This document shows positions 51,996-63,429 of a stretch of DNA of 64,000 nucleotides, one piece after another. The DNA is from Trichoplax adhaerens. Its lineage: Eukaryota; Animalia; Placozoa. The stretch covers positions 1,151,693-1,215,692 of the forward strand of contig NW_002060953.1 of the NCBI RefSeq assembly GCF_000150275.1, given 5' to 3'. The notes under the pieces are model-generated. The model was not told the origin of the DNA. It was given only the letters and a program-made list of their open reading frames with translations, and searched no databases. The position numbers and the translations under genes are program-made. Within the stretch, counting starts at the first letter, position 1; every line of letters begins with the position of its first letter.

Positions 51996-54690
51996 ATGAC
52001 AAAGAAAGCGTTTATAGCTTTAATTATGGTATTAATGCTGTGCTATGGCAATGCCGAAGTTATTGTGGTTAGCTCTTGACGTTAATAACTAATAACCGAC
52101 TTATCAGTATATGTAATTTATCGGAAATAATGTAATAGCATCAATATCATCGATCTTTTAATCATGTGTTTATGGTTTTAATCGTTGTAGATAACTACCG
52201 CTAACAAAACATTTTCATTCGTTGACATTCCTGCAAATTTTGGCGATCGGCTACCTAAACAAGGTTTAACGGTGAGGAGAAATTATTGTTCGATTGAAAG
52301 ATATGCTTAGATATTTAGTAGGGCCTTGAGAGAACTAGAAGATAGCGCTGATTTGCTTTTGTAATAGCATCGTAGGCATATAACATTAAAGATAATCAAA
52401 CAAGTGTATCGTTGCTACATGATAATTTTCCGTTGGTACTTTAGCGATTTTCTTCTTTTCTTCCTTTCTGACAGGGAACGATAGTAAATGCCATACCAAG
52501 GGATGGTTGTTCTCCTATTCAACCCCCTCCATATACTGGTCCGAATTGGTTTGCACTAATACGACAGGGTAATTGTCCCTATTCTCCCAAAGTTTACAAC
52601 GCACAATTAGCTGGATATCGAGCTGCTATAATATTTAATCGAGATTCTAATGAACTAATCCAAATGAACGGTGTTTTATGTAAGTTTTGCGAAGGATAAC
52701 TCAGATTGATAGAATCAATTTTTATTTAAGAGCGCTCATATAAATAATAATTCAAAGACACTTGATTTTAGTAGTTTCTATTCTACTGATCTAGTTGTTA
52801 ACAAAATTCAAATCCCATCAGTATTTGTTGGATCGGTAAGTTAAAAACAATTTTCCATATAAAAATATGAGACCATCATTTTTATGAGTATGTTAACAAT
52901 TCAGCTTATCTTAAACTCCAATTTTGTACTAAAATCCATTAGTTAAAATAGCATTTATATCAGGTGATATTATACTGACGATTAGAATTGTCATCGTACT
53001 TACATTTTTATAGGATACCGGAGCCCAATTATCAGATGCCTTCAATTACATTTCAAGGTAAGAACTACTTTATTTTATTGCTATCATAATGAGTAGGTAG
53101 AATTGAAAGTATCATAGAAGGAAATATTTCTTAATGAATGGTGGTATATTGGCACTTACACTAATTTTAAAACTAATATTTAAGGACTGTTATGTACGCA
53201 TAGTTGTATTGTTTATCCATATAGTAATAAATATCAGTATAGATTGTTAACAAAAGAAGAAATAATAATGAAATTGGTAGATGTTTATAATTTAGCTTTG
53301 GGATATCATTTGATCGATAGGAGTACCATTATAATTACTCCAACATTACCTGTTCCTTGGAGTTATTATGTAACCTCTTTAGGGACTGTGGCTGTCACAT
53401 GTGTTGCTATAGTACTAGGCGTGGTAAGTAACCTGGAATAAATTAAATTCGTTGCACATAAAAAGTTTTTGGAAAGATTTCAGTTTCAGACTAGCATCTA
53501 GTATATTATTATTGTACAATGTACAGTTTATACTACCTGTGTGAAAAGTAATATTTCTACAAATTAACTAATTCACTAAATTGGCTTGCAAGCAGGGAGT
53601 TTAATATATATTGTCTGGTGCCTGCCTATCTATCTTACTTCGATGTTGTTTCAATACGATTTCTTCGTAATTCTATTCTTGTAAACCATCTAGATTATTA
53701 GGTATTCTTATGTATTTTGCCATCGACAGTATCAAAATAAAGTAGCTCGGAGGCGCTTAGATAAAACTGTTCCAATTTTTAAATATTCAGAAGGTAATTT
53801 AATATTGGCATGAAAATTTATAATTTATTTTGGCGATTCAATTACATAGTTTGATAATTTTTGGGGTATCATATATAGATTACTTGCAAGACATTTAAAG
53901 TAATTGTTAAAAAACTGCTTACGTATAATAAAAACTAAAATCTACAATTAATGCGTATTTATATTAGCTTTAGATTGTCAAGATATGTGTGCTATTTGTA
54001 TTGATGACTTTGCGCTGAAAGATAGGATAAGAATATTGCCATGTAAACATGGTAAGTTTGGCTTGTTTTGCAACATAAATTACTGGGATAGAATTCATGG
54101 CAATTTGCTAACTTTCCCTTTCTCGAATCTTGATTTTTCTATCTTAATGCTTACTATAACTTATACTGTATATGGTTACTTATCGCTGCCTGTAATTTTC
54201 CTAGTAATTATTTTTGTCAGAAAGTGTATAAGTGTAAAGGTAAAGGTAAATTGCTAAAGATAATTAGTTCGTGGCGATGAAGATACGATTGCTTTTAAAC
54301 ATTGAATCGCTCTATAACATAAGAATACGTTAGCAAATGATGAATGCAACCTTATATGTAATCTTAAATTGTAAAATTAGTTTCACTTAATTGTACTAAC
54401 CTGATTTATGACCGATCATTGCAGCCTATCATTGCAAATGTATCGATCCTTGGTTTTTGGTAGAAGGAAAGCGCAATTGCCCGCTTTGCAAGCTTTCTAT
54501 AGATGCTAATGATAGCAATCAGATTTCAGTCGGTCACGAAACAGTTTCTGCAAGCAATAATTTACCGAATGTGGTAGTAGATGTCAGTGAAAGCTCGTCT
54601 ACAGAAAACCTATTGGAAAGATCAACCATCTCGACTGCCGATCAATTTAATGAAGTTACGCCATTAGTTACACAACATTCTAACTTATGA
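51996..54690 (+). CDS. PA-TM-RING-H2 E3 ubiquitin ligase, RNF13/RNF167-like, paralog B (~331 aa, 9 exons)
   Basis: Exons 51996-52067, 52191-52271, 52475-52679, 52795-52835, 53014-53057, 53321-53423, 53694-53793, 53968 (or 53974)-54051 and 54425-54690. PA domain (ANFGDRLP, IRQGNCPYSPKVYNAQLAGYRAAIIFN, IPSVFVG); TM; RING-H2 CAICIDDF...LPCKHAYHCKCIDPW...CPLC. Confidence 0.93.
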
Positions 54691-55703
54691 GTGAAGATTA
54701 CTTAATTGTAAAGGTTTCATAATATAGGAATAATCGGCTTTGAGATAATAGACATCATCAAGCCATGAAAAAAAATCCAGTGGTAGGCTAAGCGTATAAA
54801 AGCAGAAATAACGGCGCCGCTATCAGCATTATCAGATTACATATTTTATTGATGACAGCATTTTCTTTTCTTTCTTGCCAGAATATATCACTACCATTTA
54901 ATGAATTGTTCTCGTATATTATATCTTGCGCTAGTCTGCCTAATTGAATCGATTGATACGAAATTGTAATATTACCATTGATGATCGCACGATGATTTAA
55001 TCCATTTAGCTAAGAGTTTATTAGCGCGCGTGATAAATTAGACTTATTTCCTATACCGCTAGTTCATTTTGATCCATCATAACAATTGCAAAACGTTGGA
55101 TAATATTGGTACAAATCAGGGACTGTTACAATTCCTTGATCAAAATCATCTTCAGCTATTACTGTCTTTCAAAGATAGCGGTTTCTTACCAATTTCATAT
55201 TAGCCATTGCTAATTTAGCATGCAACTCCAGAATACATCCTCTACTCAAATATTATCCTTAGAATAGATAAACTATACTCGAAAAACGAATTTTTAACAA
55301 TATTTATGTACACGTGGTACATCCAATTATTTATGCTGCCAATGGATATTTTTTCGTCCATTTTCTTGAACACAGTGGCAATGAAGTTATGTATTTGTAA
55401 TTCATCTATGTGCATCTATGAATTATCGCCTGTTGTCATTTCTTTGTTACCTGCTTACTACGTAATATTTCAGTATTTGATACGCGTGTGTTTGTTGATG
55501 GATGAGGATAATATCAATAGAAAGGGTTTACGTAGTGGCAAAGTGATAGAAGTCGATATGCATTTTCGTTATTTATACTACCGATTATACTATTTTCGAA
55601 TGATTATAATCGGTGTTGAATGACTTCCGGGTCAAACTAGCTTTGCTCAACATGCTGGACTACTACAGATGATAACTGTCCAAATTCGCTTGAAATTTTC
55701 ATT

Positions 55704-56264
55704 TCAATATAAGGTGCAGGTGATTTCATGAAGGTGCAATAAATAGATTTCCTGTCCAATACGGAGAAATGGAATAGCATTTCAAGTGAGAGATATATTG
55801 TCAGTTATTGCTTGCCATGCATATCTGATGTGTGGATCAGTCCTGCTACTTGTAGTAGATACATAGCCTAGTATCAACATAAAACTGAAACTGGTAAAGA
55901 AGTTTGGTCGATACGAGCCTCGTGTTGTAAACTTCCTTACTCATTTTATACCTTGATGCATGAAATAATTATTGCAATATTGCAGGAAAGAAGACTTTTG
56001 TAAAGTAATCTCTCCAACAGCACCTGTAGAATGCTGTCTATTACCAACAGAAAAATTTTTCCCCTTCAAAATAGACAGCCCCGTACGCACTTATAATCCA
56101 TTGTCAAACGTACCGAGTACGAATCAAAATTAAACGCACTTGACTGGACTAACCGCTGCGACATGAGACGTACACAGCCATTCAAGTCGTTGATTTGAGG
56201 TAGAAATTGAATATTTTCTACATGTGTGTCAAATTAAAAAATGGCAAAATAAATGATATACCAT
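55704..56264 (-). other. Candidate spliced transcript: 54-aa small ORF or non-coding host RNA
   Basis: Minus-strand segments 56264-56262 (ATG), 56155-56114, 56023-55952 and 55751-55704, joined by GT..CAG introns, all phase 0. No family recognised. Confidence 0.35.
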
Positions 56265-56793
56265 TAAATCGCGATGGTCGAGAAAGGCTGCCGGACATCA
56301 TTTCTACTGTGCAGTGTGCAGAGCGTTGAGTACAAGTACTTACCGAAATTGTAAAGTTTCATAGTAACTCTGTATTTTAAGCTATGTGGAACATTATCCC
56401 CCATCCACCCTCCTTTTAGAGACCCTCTAACCGGGCCATTGCACTCGTTTGAATAGCTTGTCGTTTTGGAAGATGTGCCAAATCGATCGCGAGTGTTTTC
56501 CAGTCAAAATAGCTTGACTATATAGATCATAACGGTTTGAACCTTTCTCAGATCTACTTGACACCTACTGTATGTGCGCTACCTGAAAATCAGTGCGTGA
56601 GCAGTACCCCCCATTTGTGTACGCTACCTATGGACATGCAGCATTTTTCGCTGGTGTGTGCCATCTCTGAGAAAATTTTACATTGATTACTATCGGTACC
56701 CAAGTAGCATAGCTGCTACTTTAGCAGGATAATGGTTAACCTTAACATGAATGAAATTTTCATGAGCTAGTCTAGATGCATCGAGTGGTCCAT

Positions 56794-57647
56794 ATGAATT
56801 AATGACATTAATTATCCATCAAGTTTATAGTTTACTGTGCGTTGCATAGTTTTGGCGTAGCTAGCAAAAATCTGCTGCTGTAATTTACTACTGCTGTACT
56901 ATGAATTAATGACATTATCCATCAAATCTAAAGTTTGCAGTGCGCTGCATAGTTTTCGTGTAGCTAGCAAAAATCTGCTGCTGTAATGTACTACTACTGT
57001 ACAGATCGCTGTACTATGAATTAATGACATTATCCATCAAATCTAAAGTTTGCAGTGCGTTGCATAGTCTTGGCGTAGCTAGCAAAAATCTGCTGCTGTA
57101 ATGTACTACTACTGTACACATCGCTGTACTATGAATTAATGACATTATCCATCAAATCTAAAGTTTGCAGTGCGTTGCATAGTCTTGGCGTAGCTAGCAA
57201 AAATCTGCTGCTGTAATGTACTACTACTGTACAGTGTACACATCGCTGTACTATGAATTAATGACATTATCCATCAAATCTAAAGTTTGCAGTGCGTTGC
57301 ATAGTTTTGGCGTAGCTAGCAAAAATCTGCTGCTGTAATTTACTACTACTGTACTATGAATTAATGACATTATCCATCAAATCTAAAGTTTGCAGTGCGT
57401 TGCATAATTTTGGCGTAGCTAGCAAAAATCTGCTGCTGTAATGTCCTACTATTGTACATATCGCCGTATCGCTGCATGGTTTTGGCGTAGCTAGCAAAAA
57501 TCTCCTACTGTACTGTATTACTACTGTACAGTGTACACATCGCTGTACCATGAATTCATTACATCATCCATCAAGTCGCAAGTTTGCTGTGCGATGCATG
57601 GTTTTCGCGTAGCTAGGAAAAATCTTCTACTGCACACATCGCTGTAC
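56794..57647. repeat. Minisatellite, ~103-122-bp unit, ~7.5 copies
   Basis: Unit atgaattaatgacattatccatcaaatctaaagtttgcagtgcgttgcatagt.ttggcgtagctagcaaaaatctgctgctgtaat.tactactactgtac..., starting near 56794, 56901, 57016, 57131, 57253, 57356 and 57550. Confidence 0.95.
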
Positions 57648-58703
57648 GTTACGTTTATTTTGTCTTTAGCTGGAGAAAACTAGAACATCCAGTAACGTCT
57701 AAATAGGGTACTTTATACCAATATTTCGCTAGACAACTCCATTTTTAATATGCTCACATGTTGATTGATTCAATTGCCTATGATGCATTATTTAAATTTT
57801 CGATTCAATATCCAGTCAAAATACGAAAGCACAGAGGAATAATTTCTCATTTCTGTCACTTTGCCATCTTAGAATCGCAAAGTAGTAATAAACAACCGTA
57901 GAGGCGTACAGTACAATATGGGTCTAGCGTACAGTAGACTCGAACAGTAGTCGTAGGTCCAGTCAGAGACTTGTTTGACAGAAAAACGTTTTCCGTCTTT
58001 GCTAGTCCTTGGTACAGTACAGTAAACTGTACACTGTAGTTACGTCATAATACAGTACAATAGGATCCGTTTTCTTGGATATATTGGAATAGTAAAAAGC
58101 AAAAAACTATGGGTAAAACGCTTTGAAAAAAGACCAATCGTTATCAAACTTCTTAGCCAAGAATCAAGAGCTATCTTTACATATTAAAACCATGCAGTTG
58201 CGATCAATTTTGTACAAATTGATGCAAAAATTGCCATATCCAATGCACAGTATCTCGGATTACGTCGAACACCGTACAGCAATGTCCAGTACTGTACAGT
58301 AGTCCGCGCTCACTACATCAGTATCACCAGTCAGTACCAAGTAAATCTAGTCTTCAACTGTTCTACTCGTTGTCACTCATGAAACATTATGGGTGGAGAA
58401 GAAGTGTACCAGTGCTTTAGCTTCATTTTCTACCGGGTGTCAGAACTGTGACCCTTTTCCAACTCAGTGGAGAGTCACACTATTACGCATGCGCAATGCC
58501 TTCAGTTGCAGGAATTCCTGCTCCTCGTGCTTCCAGTTGATGTTGTCCAAGTGGCTGCCTGTGTGCAAGACATAGTACAGAATCGACGATTGACAATCGC
58601 TGTTAGGCCACGCTGAAACTATCGGATTTCATTTGTTGGCCGTGCTATTTTTTTTCTGAAAATCTGCCATTTGGTTAAGTTAATAATAAAGTAAGGAAGG
58701 AAT

Positions 58704-61700
58704 ATGGGTAGACCAGGTATGAATTGATAGAGGTGAAGTTTGAGCTATTCTGTTAGCAAGGTCGATCTACGTTGACGCAATCATGTTGCTTGATTAGGTT
58801 TTGGATTCCAACGTGGAGGTGGAGGTGGTCGCGGCGGTGGTGGTGGCCGCGGTGGTAAGTTGAATAATTAATTATGAATTATTCTACAGTGTAGAAAACC
58901 AACGTAGTAGTGAGGGTAATATCGTAGCATTGAGTTACGGCGTAGTGGAAAATGGATAGATCATGCTGAGGAGAGGCCACTTGAATCTTGTTATGTCACG
59001 TACTACTATCAATCGCTCGCTTTCAAGTTCTGGGTGTGCAACTTGAATTTCTTTGCTTACCTGCATTTAAGATTCACCGATGTAATTGAGGCGATGATTT
59101 TCGCATTATTGTACACAGTTATGCTACAGAAACCGAGAGTCAACAATGACCTTCTATTCTCGCCTCAATAAGGATCCATCACTTTTTCCTAGTTGTTGTT
59201 ATTGCTGAACGATGGCGAAGGATCAACATCAATCTATGTGTAGAATCGAGTTGAGTGATGTGTCGATGAAAGCATGCTCATACTATTGATAAAAATTGGA
59301 GGGATAGATATACTTGACCGAAGCAACAACTGCTTGGCACTCCTCCATTGCCTTAGCACATTCCCAACGCTTACGCTTGCATTTTTGAAAGGCGTCTATG
59401 TCGAATGGTTACGTTGGTATAATTACGACAGATGAAGTAATGTTCAGAAATGATCTCATTAACTTTGTATTCAACATCGTGATGATGGCTTTGCTTAGTA
59501 TCACGTCCTTTCAGTAGTTTATTTTACTTCACCAAAATACGCTGCTATATTTCCATGATGTCACCATCCTTAGCAAATGATCTAACTTACCATGAAGTAT
59601 AAGATTGCAATTAAAATTGTATGGCTACATCAAACAAATCAATTTACAGTAATACATACATACCGTCAACCTTCATCTTGATGATATTATACTGTACGAA
59701 TATCAACTACAGGCTTTCTTAACTTAATTCTTTTGAGCAATAAAATTTAAGTGTTTGAGTCGACAGTGCTTTTGGCCATGAGGTAGATGGGCTGATCGTA
59801 ATTGCTTACCGATAATTCAAGGTGTTATCCTATAAATTTACGGATATTGATATTACTGCTTAAGGTGTATATGCCGATGGGTGCTTATTGATATACGTGT
59901 ATTAGTATCCATTGGCTATCTTGCATTACCATCGATTGCAAGTTATACTCCTTTTGAAAGGTGCCTTGGTCAATCCTTAAATCTTAAAATTAAAGATTTT
60001 AAGGATTCAAGTAGACCTTCCCCTTTCATAGTTATCTTGTGTGTGGAAATGTTCTGTATCAGGTCTTGCTATGTGCTGTTGCAGCGTTTCGATGTTAATT
60101 TGCGGCTTAAACGTTAATTCAGTTTTACGACATATCAACATGAAACTTGCGCATCCTGAGCATACATTGTCTAGATTGATAATTTTAAATCTTTCCTTTC
60201 CGTAATGATCAACCAATAGCCTACCGCAGGTTTAAGATTATCAATAGGCGATCTATATAGAACTGTGTTAATGTGCACATTAATTTCTATTATGCTTCAA
60301 AGTTTCGTAAAGAGCAAATTAGGATTAAGTAGTCAATTTTGTTGTCTGCTGTAGGTCGCGGTGGCCCCCGAGGTGGAGGCAGCTTTCGCGGTGGTCGTGG
60401 TGGCAGTCGAGGTGGCGGTCGCGGTGGCGGTCGCGGCGGCGGCAGAGGTGGCCGTGGCGGCATGCGAGGTGGTGGTGGCGGAATGAATAGAGGTCCCAGA
60501 AAAGTGATGATAGAACCCCATCGTCACGAAGGTGTCTTTATAGCTCGTAGTAAGGAGGACGTATTAGTTACGAAAAATTTAGTTCCTGGAGAATCGGTTT
60601 ATGGCGAAAAACGTATGACTGTTGAAGATACACCGGTAATGTGAAGCAGATTGTGAACTATTACTTGTTTGATGCTGTCTAAAATGCTAAGTGGTCATAC
60701 ACCATTATGAAAGAGAAACTAAGTCGTGCTATCTTACTCATTGTAATTATTCCCACTTTACATTTGGTTTGACTGATGTAGTCAGGAGAAGAACAAACCA
60801 AAATCGAATATAGAGTTTGGAATCCTTTTAGATCGAAACTAGCTGCAGCAATTTTGGGTGGAATTGATAAGATTCACATTAAACCTGGAGCGAAAGTTTT
60901 ATACCTGGGTGCTGCATCCGGAACGACCGTTTCTCATGTATCTGATATAGTTGGACCTGTACGTTTGCTTTTTACTAACTATCATGACTTGCTTCTATTC
61001 GTGGATTTCAATGAAATTAATGAAGGAAAATATTCATAATTTGTAGAATGGCTTAGTGTATGCTGTTGAATTTTCTCATCGATCGGGTCGTGATTTAATT
61101 AATGTTGCCAAAAAGAGAACAAATATTATTCCAATTATAGAAGATGCAAGGCATCCTCATAAGTATCGTATGCTCGTTGGTAAGTAGAACACACACACAG
61201 GCAATAAGCTCTTTTATCTCCGTTCATGCATCCTCCTGTTCGAGGTCCGGTTTTTTGTCATGTGAAGTAGTCAGTTACACTTTCATAGTTGTCATAGAGT
61301 AACGTATCATTGCTTGTGCTGCTACCACATAGGAATGGTGGATGTAATATTTGCTGATGTTGCTCAGCCTGATCAGACAAGAATTGTTGCCATAAATGCA
61401 CATCATTTCTTGAAAAATGAAGGACACTTTGTAATATCTATTAAAGTAAGTTAAATGTAAAAATTAACATCGATTTTTATGGCGATTCTGATTATTAGTT
61501 CTAGATGATCTGATCAGTTTGCTTATTGTTGAAATTAAACCTATACATGTAATCCTCTTTAGGCAAACTGTATTGATTCTACCGCGGAACCAGCTGCTGT
61601 ATTTGCTGGCGAGGTTAAGAAAATGCAAACAGAAAAGATGAAACCACAGGAACAAATTACTTTAGAGCCGTACGAAAGAGATCATGCTGTAGTAGTTGGT

Positions 61701-61861
61701 GTTTATAGGTTAGTTAGAGCTGGCTTATTACAATTACTTACAATATAATAGTTATTGCTTGATTAAGAGAAGGATAATGTTACGGTATGAAATTGTACAT
61801 ATGTAGCGTGTTACTAACGTAATGATTGATCTTTTGATATAGATCACCTCCTAAAAAATAA
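58704..61861 (+). CDS. FBL: Fibrillarin, box C/D snoRNP rRNA 2'-O-methyltransferase (~312 aa, 8 exons)
   Basis: Exons 58704-58716, 58798-58854, 60355-60635, 60782-60958, 61047-61179, 61333-61445, 61563-61708 and 61843-61861 (939 nt in frame). N-terminal GAR/RGG domain, then [69 protein letters not shown]. Confidence 0.98.
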
Positions 61862-62325
61862 CCCTTAAGATAAATGTTTTGTGACATTGACGTTCCCGGA
61901 GTATACGTAGTATGTCACCCACCGACAATCAATGGCATCCGTTGGCGTTAGTAAGGTTTGCCGCTGGTTTCAATACTTAAGTGACTTGATTAATTGTTAG
62001 CAGCTGCTGTACATCATAGCATCCAGACATATCTTCGGTTGTTGTATACTTATATGCAAGCTGCTACTTTTTTATACGCCAAAGTACTTTTCATGATGTA
62101 TAATAAAATACTACTGTGCTAAATAAAGAACACTGATAAACGAACCGATCAAGGTAATTTTTATTGTTTTATTGCAGATTCTAAGTAAAGTACTTAAAAT
62201 TAAATCAATGAAGTTATGTCTATTTGCATCTATGTCTAGAATCATCAGGTAGCTTATGAAAATATTCATAGCAGCCTAATGGTCGACGATTGATTCATTA
62301 AGCGATTACCGTCATCTAGGCTTAA

Positions 62326-62331
<6 letters not shown>

Positions 62332-62357
<26 letters not shown>
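62332..62357. repeat. (AT)n microsatellite
   Basis: About 13 AT units. Confidence 0.9.
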
Positions 62358-62362
<5 letters not shown>

Positions 62363-63429
62363 ATTATGCATGTGCTTATTTATATTATTACGCAGTAGAT
62401 TAATGGCACTTAGAATAAGCTGTTGCAAGCCATTTTACCTCGATATTGGGTATCATCTCACGACTTGCGTAACTTTAAAATTGAGCTACTGAACGCATTA
62501 GAAGTGAATCATAATGGCATTATACTGTACGGTACGAATTTTAATGTTTGGAAAGTGAGACTGCATGCGAAGTTGATTGATAGTTATCTAATTTACGCGT
62601 ATACGAGTAGAGCGATTTTTAAACGGCTTTTGCAGTTGAGCATGACAGTCTGAGGGAAAATGAGGATTTGGTATTCAGTCTAAATGAGTCTATAACTACA
62701 TCATTTACCTGATCAGTTTATAGGAGAAATTTCCATCATAGATATTGATGAATGGTACTGACCGGCCATGCAACGCACGACAGAAATAAACGATTGAGCT
62801 GGATGTCTGTTGGATTTATAGGTCTTGACGTTCTAGTCTGTTGTGGGTTTCGTAATCCTAGATGATATTTCATTTGTTAAGATGTGGTAAATGAAAATTC
62901 ATTTTTGGGCGAGTTAAATGAATGGATAACTCGGTTGTTAGGGTAAAAGACTCGCACGTATAATGTACTCTTTGCAGGCCATTCAGATTCCTTAAGCGTG
63001 AAATGCTACAGGTGATGTACTGCTGATGGGATTTATGGCATAAATCATTTATGGACTCCAATGCATCAACAGTACACTATACTGTAGTATGTGCTCATTG
63101 TACTGTATGATCCTTACACAGCTATACCATTTCGCTGCGGCTGTATTTCAAATTATGTAATCTATGATCATACAGTACTGTATTTGTAAACTACCCAACT
63201 TTGAGTGACCCGAATTTTAAGATTTGCTTGTCAACTTTTGCCAAGATTTCCGAAAGCGTCGAATCGATCGATATACAGTACAGTACAGTTATGACAGGGG
63301 ATGATTACAAGACAGTGTCCAATGTCCGCTCTAGTAGTCTGTAGTGCTAGAGACGATAGAGTAGAGTACAGTACAATGTACAGTAGGCACCGTAAATTGT
63401 ACTGTGTCATGGATAAAAGTCTGGAGGTG

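Noticed and set aside
55306-55623. 105-aa plus-strand ORF
   Set aside because: No recognisable domain; hydrophobic low-information composition downstream of RNF13-like paralog B.
60333-60527. Ala/Thr-rich minus-strand ORF
   Set aside because: Antisense shadow of the fibrillarin GGY/CGY codons.
60636-61842. snoRNAs in the short fibrillarin introns
   Set aside because: No convincing C/D pair with terminal stem or complete H/ACA architecture visible.
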